A stretch of 63,469 bases of DNA, the filler included, from Octopus bimaculoides (lineage: Eukaryota), in the NCBI RefSeq assembly GCF_001194135.2. It is 6 parts of 6 records of this genome, joined end to end, with 100 filler letters (N's around TTAATTAATTAA, not from the genome) between each part and the next. Parts side by side here need not be neighbours in the genome. Positions count along the whole stretch, not along the records: positions 1 to 15,273 come from NC_068983.1; positions 15,374 to 17,569 come from NW_026346731.1; positions 17,670 to 39,796 come from NC_068993.1; 3 more parts are not named here. One strand, given 5' to 3'. The notes under the pieces are model-generated. The model searched no databases, was not told where the DNA came from, and saw only the letters and a list, made by a program, of their open reading frames with translations. Both the position numbers and the translations under genes were made by a program. Numbering within the stretch: position 1 is the first letter of the stretch; each line of letters begins with the position of its first letter. Positions 13,613-26,949 of this stretch are shown piece after piece.

Positions 13613-14227
13613 TGCGTAGATATCAGATGCTGATAGGATATCATAATTATGTAAATATCGAATCCAGTTAATAACCGACGCTCCGACTCACCGGTGGATC
13701 TTTGGTGCGGTGTAAGTATAAGAAAATTAAACAGAGATGGGGATTAAATTAGCAATAGCTGTTTCGGTAGAGCTTTATTTAATGCTACAGTAAAAGATTA
13801 CATGATAGATTACATAATATTATTATTATACAATTTAAACGATGTACCAGGGACTATACACGCTTGTATATATATATATATTGATATTTTTTTCATTTTT
13901 CTTGCGTGCGTGTGTATGGATGCGAGGTGGTTGAGTGTGTGTGTGTGGGTGTGTATGCGGGTATATATATATATTTATATGTATGTATATGTACATATAT
14001 GTATAGTTTTTGGCGAGTATGTGGGTGAAAATGTGTGTTTCAAGCGAGGGGCTTGCAGTATATACATATAGGCGAATGTACGGATTGGTGTGCTTACGCG
14101 AACACTATAGACTTTTCTACTACCTTACCTTTACCCCCTCCCCTCACTTAGCGTTCTATACCTCTTTTGTCTTAATAACGGTCAACCACACAGTAATTTC
14201 CCTTTGTTTAACGGTAATTTTTCACAG

Positions 14228-14319
14228 GAATTTTCAATGGCCCGATAACTGAAGAGATGTTGGCGTGGGTTCCCACCCCGGCATCCGAAACTCGGAGTTT
14301 TATCATGGCTACCGAATAG
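14228..14319 (+). CDS. Candidate terminal coding exon (GIFNGPITEEMLAWVPTPASETRSFIMATE*), product unknown
   Basis: Acceptor ttccctttgtttaacggtaatttttcacag; about 50% GC against an AT-rich background; only the phase-1 frame is open, ending at TAG 14317-14319. Confidence 0.3.
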
Positions 14320-15317
14320 GTGTCACATATTTTTACAGATATATATATATATATANNNNNNNNNNNNNNNNNNNNNNNNNNNNNNNNNNNNNNNNNNNNN
14401 NNNNNNNNNNNNNNNNNNNNNNNNNNNNNNNNNNNNNNNNNNNNNNNNNNNNNNNNNNNNNNNNNNNNNNNNNNNNNNNNNNNNNNNNNNNNNNNNNNNN
14501 NNNNNNNNNNNNNNNNNNNNNNNNNNNNNNNNNNNNNNNNNNNNNNNNNNNNNNNNNNNNNNNNNNNNNNNNNNNNNNNNNNNNNNNNNNNNNNNNNNNN
14601 NNNNNNNNNNNNNNNNNNNNNNNNNNNNNNNNNNNNNNNNNNNNNNNNNNNNNNNNNNNNNNNNNNNNNNNNNNNNNNNNNNNNNNNNNATGGAGGAAAA
14701 CCAACAAATAGAAGTGTAAAGCCATTATTGCTTAACTGATTAAATAATGCCTTTTTAGCACCAAAGATACACTTCTATTTGTTGTTTTTCCTCCATATTC
14801 TGATCGTCTATATATGCATTAAACTACGATATACCTTTTTAAATTACCTGCTGCCGTATACCTTATACCAAGGACCATACTTACGGAGGTAATTACCAGA
14901 TTACCAGGAGTGCCTCTGGATACTCCAATCCCATAGAGGGATTTGACAAGTTCGAGAGACGGACGAAAGCACTAATATATGTATAAAATAAATGAAAGAA
15001 ATTATTCCAAAATTCTGACGACTTTTTTTTCAATATTTAATTCTGTACATCACACCTAACACTCTACATATAAATATATATTTGAAGAAAAGCAACAAAA
15101 ATGTATTAGGTTATAGCAGTACGTACGTTTCGTACAAACTTTATTTATTTATGTAGTGAGAACACCACATTTGATTTTGTTTTTGTTTTTTTTACGCTAC
15201 CAAATTCTAGTGCCACAAACATTTTAAGTACCACATATATTCTTTTGATTAAATATATATATATATATATATANNNNNNNNNNNNNNNNNNNNNNNNNNN
15301 NNNNNNNNNNNNNNNNN

Positions 15318-15329
15318 TTAATTAATTAA
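15318..15329. other. Assembly linker TTAATTAATTAA inside a 44N+12+44N gap (also 17614, 39841, 40999, 55855)
   Basis: The same 12-mer, with stop codons in all six frames, is centred in fixed 100-bp gaps five times. Confidence 0.9.
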
Positions 15330-15425
15330 NNNNNNNNNNNNNNNNNNNNNNNNNNNNNNNNNNNNNNNNNNNNGTTATAAAAATAAAACTACTGAATAAT
15401 AATAATAATAATCCTTTCTACTAGG

Positions 15426-15680
15426 ATACCAATAGTAATTGGTGCACTTGGAAGTATCACACTCAACTATCAACATGGCTCGAAAAGATTGGTACAAATG
15501 TAAAGATAGAACACCTACAAAAATCATCATTGCTTGGAACTGCAAGAGTTCTTTGCAGGGTTCTTCATACATCATCAGTAAACAAGTGTCACTTTTGTCT
15601 GCTGGCAGTGGACAGTGGACAGCTGACAGTGGACAGCTGATGCTTGCCGGCAAAATAAACTGAGAGTTTTCATCAACTAA
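15426..15680 (+). mobile_element. 3' fragment of an RLE-type non-LTR retrotransposon (R4/Dong-like)
   Basis: Translates, with frameshifts, to IPIVIGALGS...EHLQKSSLLGTARVLCRVL, the typical C-terminus of the R4/Dong RLE domain. Confidence 0.7.
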
Positions 15681-15682
15681 TG

Positions 15683-15866
15683 ATAGGCGTAGAAGTGGCT
15701 GTGTGGTAAGTAGCTTGCTTACCAACCACATGGTTCCGGGTTCAGTCCCACAGCGTGGCAGCTTGGGCAAGTGTCTTCTACTATAGCCTCGGGCCGACCA
15801 AAGCCTTGTGAGTGGATTTGGTAGACAGAAACTGAAAGAAGCCCATCGTATATATGTATATATATA
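15683..15866 (+). mobile_element. SINE family B, 5' half running into a gap
   Basis: taggcgtagaagtggctgtgtggtaag..ggttccgggttcagtccc..ttgggcaagtgtcttc. Confidence 0.9.
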
Positions 15867-17669
15867 NNNNNNNNNNNNNNNNNNNNNNNNNNNNNNNNNN
15901 NNNNNNNNNNNNNNNNNNNNNNNNNNNNNNNNNNNNNNNNNNNNNNNNNNNNNNNNNNNNNNNNNNNNNNNNNNNNNNNNNNNNNNNNNNNNNNNNNNNN
16001 NNNNNNNNNNNNNNNNNNNNNNNNNNNNNNNNNNNNNNNNNNNNNNNNNNNNNNNNNNNNNNNNNNNNNNNNNNNNNNNNNNNNNNNNNNNNNNNNNNNN
16101 NNNNNNNNNNNNNNNNNNNNNNNNNNNNNNNNNNNNNNNNNNNNNNNNNNNNNNNNNNNNNNNNNNNNNNNNNNNNNNNNNNNNNNNNNNNNNNNNNNNN
16201 NNNNNNNNNNNNNNNNNNNNNNNNNNNNNNNNNNNNNNNNNNNNNNNNNNNNNNNNNNNNNNNNNNNNNNNNNNNNNNNNNNNNNNNNNNNNNNNNNNNN
16301 NNNNNNNNNNNNNNNNNNNNNNNNNNNNNNNNNNNNNNNNNNNNNNNNNNNNNNNNNNNNNNNNNNNNNNNNNNNNNNNNNNNNNNNNNNNNNNNNNNNN
16401 NNNNNNNNNNNNNNNNNNNNNNNNNNNNNNNNNNNNNNNNNNNNNNNNNNNNNNNNNNNNNNNNNNNNNNNNNNNNNNNNNNNNNNNNNNNNNNNNNNNN
16501 NNNNNNNNNNNNNNNNNNNNNNNNNNNNNNNNNNNNNNNNNNNNNNNNNNNNNNNNNNNNNNNNNNNNNNNNNNNNNNNNNNNNNNNNNNNNNNNNNNNN
16601 NNNNNNNNNNNNNNNNNNNNNNNNNNNNNNNNNNNNNNNNNNNNNNNNNNNNNNNNNNNNNNNNNNNNNNNNNNNNNNNNNNNNNNNNNNNNNNNNNNNN
16701 NNNNNNNNNNNNNNNNNNNNNNNNNNNNNNNNNNNNNNNNNNNNNNNNNNNNNNNNNNNNNNNNNNNNNNNNNNNNNNNNNNNNNNNNNNNNNNNNNNNN
16801 NNNNNNNNNNNNNNNNNNNNNNNNNNNNNNNTTTCTTTCTATTAATCTATCCATCCATCCATCCATCCATCCATCCATCCAGCTATCTATCTATCTATCT
16901 ACCTACATACCTACTTAGGTAGCTAGCAATTTATGCCTGTTTTTCTGTCTATCTACATACCTATCTACCTATCTATCTACATGCATACGTACCTATGTGT
17001 TTGTAAATCTATTATTTTCCCCCACATATAAACACATACACACTTTTGACTAACTACCAAACTTTTATTAAACAGCATTAAAAGGGACTTCATTCCTAAT
17101 ATGTCAAAAAAGGCTCATACCTAACAACTTTGGTGGTGTGAGATAAAAAAAAATATATGAAACATAGGTATGGACTAACATCTTACCTTATCACATACAA
17201 CCACACATACGCACAGACATATTATAACCAAGGATATTTAGAGAGCAGATTAGCAGAATCATTAGAGCTTCATATAACATGCCGTGTACTATTTTTTCCA
17301 CCCCATTACATTCTCAGTTCAAGTCCTACCAAGGTAAACTTTGCCATCTTTGTCTTTTATCTTCCTAGCTTCAATGAATTGTGAGAAACTTAAGAGAAAA
17401 TGTTTTCTGGTATTTGTCTTCATATTGCAGTGTGTGTGTGTTTGTGTGTACACATACACATATATATGAATATATAGAAGTAAAATGTCATATGTGTGTG
17501 TGTGTGCACATACATACATACACACATACATATATATATGTATATATATACACTTACACACACACACACNNNNNNNNNNNNNNNNNNNNNNNNNNNNNNN
17601 NNNNNNNNNNNNNTTAATTAATTAANNNNNNNNNNNNNNNNNNNNNNNNNNNNNNNNNNNNNNNNNNNN

Positions 17670-17708
<39 letters not shown>

Positions 17709-17734
17709 TGATGGCAAAAGTGACCATCCCAAAG

Positions 17735-17870
17735 TATAACTAAGAGACCGATAGAATAAGCACCAGGTTTAAAAAGTAAGTACTGCGGTCGATTCATTCG
17801 CCTAAAAATTCAAGGCGGTGTCTCAGTATGGCGGCAATCTAATGACTGAAAGAAGTAAAATATAAAAGAT
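17735..17870 (+). mobile_element. SINE family B, diverged 3' fragment
   Basis: agagaccgatagaataag..ggtcgatt..aaggcggtg..aatgactgaaa.aagtaaaa. Confidence 0.7.
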
Positions 17871-18394
17871 ATATATCAAGATGGTGCCGTGTTGGTAAAA
17901 CGTGTAATAATTAGATCCAGAAAAGTATTATAGAACCTCCAAGCAATCGATGTAATTAGAAGTAAAGTGGTCTCTGGTTTAAATATAGCTCAAAAATACG
18001 ACCAGTACACTATATTTAAAAAGAATATATCACTTTCGATCGAACTTAACGCGGGTACAAGGAAAATCTATCCGACGTCAAGATATCAAATCGTATTCAA
18101 CACCTTTACCGAAACCACGTATTGACTTGGGCGGTAGCTGCATCTTGCATTTTCTTGCGAAATTACTGTCTGCAAAACTGCAACTTGTTGTTCGAAAGAT
18201 AAAATACCGAAACTACGAAGATCGGAGGTTTTTTTTTTTTTTTACTTTTCTTTCCTGTTACACACGGAGAGAATCGTTGAACGTAAGTACTTTTTCAGCT
18301 TGCTGTAAGGTAAGACAACATTATTTTTTAGTACATTCTCCTTTTTCTGACCACCTCGTCTTATAATAATATATTTATATATTTTTTTATTCAT

Positions 18395-18587
18395 TTATTT
18401 CTTTCAGTCATTTGACTGCGGCCGTGCTGGAACACCACATTTAATCGAACAAATCGACCCCAGGACTTATTCTTTGTAAGCCTAGTACTTATTCTATCGG
18501 TCTCTTTTGCCGAACCGCTAAGTTACGGGGATGCAAACACACCAACATCGGGTGTCAGGCGATAGTGAGGGAACAAACACAGACACA

Positions 18588-18624
<37 letters not shown>

Positions 18625-18742
18625 GACGGGTTTCTTTCAGTTTCCATCTACCAAATCCACTCACAAAGCTTTGGTCGGCCCGAGGCTGTAGTAGAACACA
18701 TTGACTCAAGGTGCTATGCAGTGGGACTGAACCCGGAACCAC
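18395..18742 (-). mobile_element. SINE family B, head truncated
   Basis: Colinear with 7772-8186. Confidence 0.85.
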
Positions 18743-19399
18743 ATTTATAGACAATTTTGTCTTTATAATGGCAATATATTTGTAGATATATTTACGCGTG
18801 CGTACACACATGTCCATGTAAACATGTGTACATATATATATATATGTATGTATGAGTTGGTCGTCTCTGACATAGTCTCTCCCCTTCTCCCTCATCTTTG
18901 CCCCCTCTATCTATCTATTTCGCTCTCTCTCTTCTATCTACCACTGTCTTCCTGTGTAGATACATATACACATATCTTCACTTTCATAACTATACAACAC
19001 TTCGCTTCCTCTCTGTCTCATGTTTCCTCCTCTCTATATCCCTTTCTCTCTTCTTCCCCCTCTCTGTCGATCAGCTCCCTCTCTCTCCTTCCCCGCCTCT
19101 CTCTCTCTAAGTCTCCTTGTAAAGCCTATGTCTGTGTAGATATACTTACGCACGCATATCTGTACGTTCATAGCTATACAATCCCCACTCCCCCTTTCTC
19201 TGCCTCTCCCCCTTTCTCTGCCTCTCCCCCTTTCTCTATCCCTCTCTGCTGATCTGCCTAACTCTGTCTCCCTCTTCTCTTCCTCTCAGGTCGATTTCCT
19301 TGTCTCCTCCCTCTCTCTGTCTCCCTATTTTGCTCTGTCTGTCTGTCTGTCTGTCTGTCTCTTTCTCTCTCTGCCCCTCTCTCTTTCTCTCCTCGTACG

Positions 19400-19915
19400 T
19401 ATCCATAGCAAAGATTTCACGGAACTGACCAATGAAAGAGCTGCAATTGTTTGAGCGAACTTGGAAAGTTGCCGAAATAGACACCCACAAGCAACATCAT
19501 CGCAGTGACACTGAAAAGCAATGGTTTTCTCAGAACCACAACCCAGAAAGAGTGGAAGAAACGCGAAGTCCTTCGTTCCTCTGTTCAAATTAGACGGCAC
19601 ATGGACACCCTTGACGCCATTCTGAGGACTGAGTTCACCAAGAATGACAAAAAGGATGGAGAAAGTCCCCCAGGACCCAGCGATCTCTCAAAAGAACAAA
19701 ACCAAAGCCATGACTGAGAGGCCTGCACACGAAGGAAACAATGATACTGGTCCTGTTTCCAACACGTTAGAAGACGAAAGAGTTGAGAGGGCCGTAAAAG
19801 GCAAAGAAAAACATAAAACCGACAAAACAAAAGCTGTCATAAACAAAGAAGTGCGAGGAATAAAAGAACGGGAAAATGAAGAAAAAACAAAAGACGTTGG
19901 GACGAAGCAGAAAAC
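19400..19915 (+). mobile_element. Degenerate coding-like retroelement remnant, possibly Penelope-like
   Basis: Purine-rich protein-like frames (LFERTWKVAEIDTHKQH / NIIAVTLKSNGFLRTTTQKEWKKREVL) with stops; the resemblance to Penelope is loose. Confidence 0.25.
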
Positions 19916-20214
19916 CAAGTGGCTGCGGTCATGCTGGAGCACCANNNNNNNNNNNNNNNNNNNNNNNNNNNNNNNNNNNNNNNNNNNNNNNNNNNNNNNN
20001 NNNNNNNNNNNNNNNNNNNNNNNNNNNNNNNNNNNNNNNNNNNNNNNNNNNNNNNNNNNNNNNNNNNNNNNNNNNNNNNNNNNNTCATACCTACCGAAGC
20101 AACAGTAAAAGCAACAGTAACATCCACCCCTAGGGGTCAGCCACACTTAAGTGGCAATATACTACACTTTATCGTGCAGTTACTGTTAATACTTCATTTA
20201 GAGAATTAACATTG

Positions 20215-20253
<39 letters not shown>

Positions 20254-20441
20254 TATACTGCTGGTAGTGTACCCAATTTTTGATACCCAAGTGCTAGTTA
20301 TTGCGTAGCAATCTTGCAATTGAGTGTTATATACGGGCGGGGTAAAAAATGGTTTACCCTTGATTTATACGCCAAATAAAGTGGAGAGGATACAAAATGG
20401 ACAGACATTAGCCGGTAAACATTCCAGTATGTGTATTTATT

Positions 20442-20964
20442 CCAATGTATTAGAATGTATTATATGAATACAAACAAATTTATTAGTAGTACAGCATATC
20501 AAATATAAAAAGTTGGTAATTGCAAGAACAAGGGTGTGGAAGCATATAATCAGATAGATACAGATGATTGAATAAGTACTCTTTTCTACTCTTTTTTAAA
20601 AAGACAAACACACTGTAGCTATTATTAACTGTTTTTAGATGTGTTAGCCCTCCCAACCACTTAAACCCTCTGAAGAATCCTAGAGGCACATTCATTGTCC
20701 CAGTCTTATCTGCTCATCGTTACATAACACTGAAAAGATGGAGACAACCCGGAAGATTTCGTTGCCTCTTTGGCAGAAACGGCCGTAAGGAACTAGCACT
20801 TACTGACAATCTGCTCATTTGCTTATGTACTTATTTAATCTCTTGTTCCTATCTGATTATATGCTTCCACACCCTTGTTCTTGCAATTACCAACTTTTTA
20901 TATTTGATATGCTGTACAACTAATAAATGTGTTTGTATTTATCTAATACATTCTAATATATTGG
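20442..20964. mobile_element. Fold-back/MITE with long terminal inverted repeats (about 116 bp, extendable to about 140)
   Basis: 20442-20557 is the reverse complement of 20849-20964 with about 5 mismatches. Confidence 0.8.
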
Positions 20965-21311
20965 TATAATCTAGCTGAAGAGAACTAATCAAGTTTACAT
21001 TAACAAAAGTATCTTGAAGAGTTTGAAAACTAGGTCCTAGATTATCCACATCTGGGTTGGTCGTTTATCTGATGTTCTTCATACAGGTAAGATGAAATTT
21101 CTTATCTTCGCCGCCCGCACACGTCTTTGCCAGAATATACAATGAAGCTTCATTATAGCGTCGTATATTATCGATTGCTATTTCTAGTAAATATTGGTGC
21201 ATTTTTGTATCACACTCTGTCTATATATATCAGCTATAGCAATATTCCCATGATCCTTTGCGACGTACGGCAAAAGCTCGCAAACTATTTTCCATTTTAT
21301 CATTTGTCCCA

Positions 21312-21535
21312 AAGGCGGTGAGCTGGCAGAATCGTTAGCAGGCTGGAGGAAATGCTTAGCGGTATTTCGTCCGTCGCTCCGTTCTGAGTTCAAATTTCGC
21401 CGAGGTCGACTTTGCCTATCATTCTTTTGGAGTCGATAAAATAAGAACCATCTACTCATTGACGTTGATGTAATCGACAAATCCCTTCCCCCAAATTTTA
21501 GGCCTTGTACCTTTAGTAGAAAGGATTATTACTAC
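21312..21535 (+). mobile_element. SINE family A variant with (ATT/ACT) tail
   Basis: aaggcggtgagctggcagaatcgttagc..gagttcaaatttcgccgaggtcgac..gtagaaaggattattact. Confidence 0.85.
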
Positions 21536-22114
21536 TAGCAGGATCCTTGAATATTTCGTGGAATTAATGGTAAACCTATTGGGTTATTTCTGAAAACTTT
21601 ATCCAAAAAACCTGAAAGCGTAGCCTGTGTTGTGCCTGTATGGAAAGATGGTCCTGCATCTGCTACTCATTGAAAAGTGAAAGAAATTGGTTACTTAATG
21701 CACTTTACATATACATTTTATATACTTTATGCACAATTTCATAGACTTAACACATAGCACTCATAAAATAAATATTCACATTTCTTTTTCCATTTTTTCC
21801 AAAAACAACAACAACAACAAAAATTCCGTATATATGATACACCCTTTAGTTAAATTGCATATATATGTCACGCAAATAAACGTGAATATTTCACGAATTG
21901 CACTTATACGCATGCGTTAAGTGATAGATGATATAAAAAAAACTTAATTCAGTTAAAAAGAAAAATATACTTTTCATTATTCAATCACCACCACTGCCAC
22001 CACCACCACCACTACCACAACCACTTCTCTCTCTTCCCCCTAACTCCTTCCCTCCTCTCTTTCCCCTTTCTCACCCTCTCTGTCTGTCTATCTGTCTGTC
22101 TCTGTCTGCCTGTC

Positions 22115-22154
<40 letters not shown>

Positions 22155-22487
22155 ACTATCTCTGCCTTTCTCTAACTTCATCAGAATATCACCCCTCTGC
22201 TAAAATTATTACGTTCCCCCTACCTCACGTCATGGATGCTTTTATCTCCCTCTTTTTCTCTCTCCAGCTTTTCCTCTCTCTTTTTTCTTTCTCCCTCTTT
22301 CTGTCTCACTCTTCACGTTCTCTTTTTCTCCTTCTGTCGTTCTCCTCTCTTTCCATTCTACTAATCACGTGAAAGTGTTACAATTACATTACCTCTACCT
22401 CATGTCATGGGCGCTTTTCCCTCCCTCTTTTTCTCCCTCCCTCTTTTCTTTCTCCCTTTTTCTCTCTCCCCTCTTTTCTTTCTCCCT

Positions 22488-22917
22488 CTTGAGTAAAAGC
22501 AAACAGAAATTACGAGCAAACCTTAAAATATAGATCTAAGAACACGGTCATATCTTTAGTACATGTTTTGAAAAGAAAGCGTGACAGACGGGCTAAGTAA
22601 CACAATGACAAGTAGAATTACTATAACTTCAAAGCGGCGAATCGGCAGAATCGCTAGCACGCTGGACAAAATGCTTAGCGGCATTTTGTTTGAATCTGAA
22701 TTCAAATTCTACCGAGGGGAGCTTTGCCCGACAATTGCTGACCTTGTATTATTTGAAAGTATTATTACCTTCACTTTATTCTGATGATAAAACTGGGAGA
22801 CGTGAAACGTTAACGAAATAATGGCTTGAGTAAAAGTAAACAGAAATTACGAGCAGACTTTGAAATATAGATCTAAGAACACGGTCATATCTTTAATACA
22901 TGTTTTGAAAAGAAAGC
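22488..22917. repeat. 93-bp direct repeats (22488-22580; 22825-22917) flanking a 244-bp insert that contains a SINE A fragment
   Basis: cttgagtaaaag.aaacagaaattacgagca...catgttttgaaaagaaagc is present twice with about 5 mismatches. Confidence 0.85.
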
Positions 22918-23361
22918 TGATTAAACACACACACGCACAATCACGTGCGTAGAGAAACATACATAGACAAGGTGCACACATACACGCGCGCACACACACA
23001 TTTCTTTGCTCGTTTGCGATATATTATTTTATCGCCATTTTCTGTCTACTACTACAAATTCTACAAAAACTTTTCATAGATAAGGAAAAAAAATCGCATC
23101 ACACTATAGAGTTATTATACATTACGAACAAAACTAACGAAACTATCAACACAAGAGCAATTTAGCAGTTAATAACGTGGAATGACATACAGCTTGTTCG
23201 TACCTGCATAAACATATATATTATATGCGTGCCTCTATGTACGTATTTATGCATGTATGTGTTTGAGTGTGGTGAGGCAGAGAGATAGAGAGAGATAAAG
23301 ATAGAGATAGATAGATNNNNNNNNNNNNNNNNNNNNNNNNNNNNNNNNNNNNNNNNNNNNN

Positions 23362-23421
<60 letters not shown>

Positions 23422-25357
23422 TAAATGTTCTTGAAGAAGTGACAGTTTTCAAATAATATCTTGAAGAGAATAGCTTCTATAAATCTTCAGATTTTCTTTT
23501 GAACTTGTATTCCTTTTTCTGATTTTTATTCAAGAAAAGTAGATGTAGGTGTCTCTATGTGCAAATGTGTGTGTGTGTGGGTGGGTGTGTGTGTAGGTGA
23601 GCCGCATCTCTATGTTCTTAATTGCTTGTGTCGTGATACTATCTTTTTGTGTGCGTGCGGGTGTTTATGAAAGAAACATATAGGATGAGTGAGAGAGAGA
23701 GAGAGAGAGAGAGAGAAGGGGGATTGGAGGAAATTGAAAGTAGAGATAAATTGTGAAAGAAAGCAACAATGTGTATTTGTATACATACTTAGACATCACA
23801 CACACACACACACACACACACATTCAAATATATTTTACACGCAGACAGAGATATGACTCTCTCTCCCCCTTTTNNNNNNNNNNNNNNNNNNNNNNNNNNN
23901 NNNNNNNNNNNNNNNNNNNNNNNNNNNNNNNNNNNNNNNNNNNNNNNNNNNNNNNNNNNCTCTATATATAGAGAGAAAGATAGAGAGTTAAGTTTTTTTT
24001 CATGCAAGCAAATCTATAAAGAAATAGTTGGAGATACACTTGAAGTGTTTGAGGATATTTATATAACCTTGTATACATATATACGTACACATGTCTTTAA
24101 TGGATATATATGTATACACACACACACATACGCACACACACACATATCCATATTACAAACAGTTGCATGAATACACGTACTTTCAAGTAATCACATAGAC
24201 TCACATATAAGGTAAAAGGCTTGTATCGTTATGGCTTGAAATCCAGTATAAGAGATAAATATTATTAAACAATATTTATCTTTTACCGCTTTGCAGGAAG
24301 AGCTATTCTAAGAGCGCGTTCTGCCTCATCTTCGAAACGCCTAGTTTAGAGTAGAGGNNNNNNNNNNNNNNNNNNNNNNNNNNNNNNNNNNNNNNNNNNN
24401 NNNNNNNNNNNNNNNNNNNNNNNNNNNNNNNNNNNNNNNNNNNNNNNNNNNNNNNNNNNNNNNNNNNNNNNNNNNNNNNNNNNNNNNNNNNNNNNNNNNN
24501 NNNNNNNNNNNNNNNNNNNNNNNNNNNNNNNNNNNNNNNNNNNNNNNNNNNNNNNNNNNNNNNNNNNNNNNNNNNNNNNNNNNNNNNNNNNNNNNNNNNN
24601 NNNNNNNNNNNNNNNNNNNNNNNNNNNNNNNNNNNNNNNNNNNNNNNNNNNNNNNNNNNNNNNNNNNNNNNNNNNNNNNNNNNNNNNNNNNNNNNNNNNN
24701 NNNNNNNNNNNNNNNNNNNNNNNNNNNNNNNNNNNNNNNNNNNNNNNNNNNNNNNNNNNNNNNNNNNNNNNNNNNNNNNNNNNNNNNNNNNNNNNNNNNN
24801 NNNNNNNNNNNNNNNNNNNNNNNNNNNNNNNNNNNNNNNNNNNNNNNNNNNNNNNNNNNNNNNNNNNNNNNNNNNNNNNNNNNNNNNNNNNNNNNNNNNN
24901 NNNNNNNNNNNNNNNNNNNNNNNNNNNNNNNNNNNNNNNNNNNNNNNNNNNNNNNNNNNNNNNNNNNNNNNNNNNNNNNNNNNNNNNNNNNNNNNNNNNN
25001 NNNNNNNNNNNNNNNNNNNNNNNNNNNNNNNNNNNNNNNNNNNNNNNNNNNNNNNNNNNNNNNNNNNNNNNNNNNNNNNNNNNNNNNNNNNNNNNNNNNN
25101 NNNNNNNNNNNNNNNNNNNNNNNNNNNNNNNNNNNNNNNNNNNNNNNNNNNNNNNNNNNNNNNNNNNNNNNNNNNNNNNNNNNNNNNNNNNNNNNNNNNN
25201 NNNNNNNNNNNNNNNNNNNNNNNNNNNNNNNNNNNNNNNNNNNNNNNNNNNNNNNNNNNNNNNNNNNNNNNNNNNNNNNNNNNNNNNNNNNNNNNNNNNN
25301 NNNNNNNNNNNNNNNNNNNNNNNNNNNNNNNNNNNNNNNNNNNNNNNNNNNNNNNNN

Positions 25358-25418
<61 letters not shown>

Positions 25419-26511
25419 CACACTGATATTTACATACGGGTACAGACTAAGATAAAAATGTCCTGCTCCGGGAATGGAGTCATACAACTGTTGCTTTTCA
25501 GATCTTTGGTTTTTTCGAATCAATGCAGGAATTTCTACACATCCGACCTTATATGATATCTGACTTATTCTTAAAAGAAAGGGATGTCGTATTGAGTATT
25601 TTAATCTTAGATACACTAAGACAGAAAATAAAGACGGGATGCCTGAAATAACATTTTTTATTGATCTTCTTACAACGGCAACAAAAATAATATTGATATG
25701 AACAAATTAAAAGGTAGATTAAAGAAAATAAACAAAAGCTATCTATAATAACCAGCAAGAAGGGAGGACGAGATTAATTTGAAATAATCCTTCTCTCATC
25801 CATCTTCTTACACCACCATAATGAAAACATCAGAAATGTTACATGTTAAACATACAGTATACATAAGGAGGTAGTTTAACTGAGTTGGAAGATGGTTACA
25901 AGTCACCAGTCTCAAATCAGAAATTATATATTATTGTAGCAGGGCAACATCAAAGATTGTTATCGATTTTACACAAACTTATAATTAATGAACGACGGGT
26001 AAAAGAGGAAAGGAGTGGGTGGGGAGAGAATAACTTGTTATAACTAATCACATTGAGCAGTAGAATTTCTAGTTTGTACAGATTTATAGATATTTGTTTA
26101 GTTTGGGGTTAAAGATTTGGTGAATCAAGAAATAAATAAAAAAAACAGACACTAAAAAAAAAAAAAACCCAAAAAACAGAAAGGAAAGGGGGAAATTTAT
26201 AAATTATGATTTCAAGTCATGTTCACAATACATCTGTGGAAATTATAACAATGCGAGTATGCATGCGTGAATCTATACGTGCTTCTATGCAAGTATCCAT
26301 GTATGCACGCTAGTGTGTATATATTTATGCATGTATTATCTATTTATTTAAGTATATGTGTGTGTTTATGTATCTCGCAATTAGCTTACGTAAGTAAGCA
26401 TGTATGTATGTATGTATGTATGTATGTTTTCTTTCTTTTTATCTATCTATCTATCTGTCTGTCTGTCTGTTTGTCTATCTGTCTGTCTGTTGTAAAGTGG
26501 GTTCCTCCCAC

Positions 26512-26792
26512 TGGTGTGATGTGTGACTGCTGTTGTACTGTAGTTGCTGCTTTACGCTAGTAGCCAGAATAGTTACTAGTCGTCAGATACCGTTGCATAT
26601 CTTCGTACCGGGATAGTAATACACTAACTTCTTCTGTCTTACTAATGCTGATAGCTCCACGAGACACTGACTAGAACTGTTTACTCTCATTTCTTCGACT
26701 CCCGACCTTCTCTTGACGACTGGCTACTGTTCTATTTGTAATGACTAGACCTACCACTTTTTACCAGGAGGGCTATACAGTTTCACTATACA
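26512..26792 (-). repeat. 3' LTR of the Gypsy element
   Basis: Starts TG directly after the PPT on the minus strand; aligns with 30921-31130 apart from an indel of about 65-70 bp. Confidence 0.85.
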
Positions 26793-26949
26793 TCTTCCCT
26801 TTTAATTATTTTAACAATCAATTTCTTTTATTCACCCCACCTCCTCCTTTTTTTTATACTCAATACCATTTCTTCTTAGGGTCTACTTTTAGGAATTCAG
26901 TGTTCTTCCTTTTCCTTGTAGTGAGGTTTCGACTTCTTGTAACTGTGTT

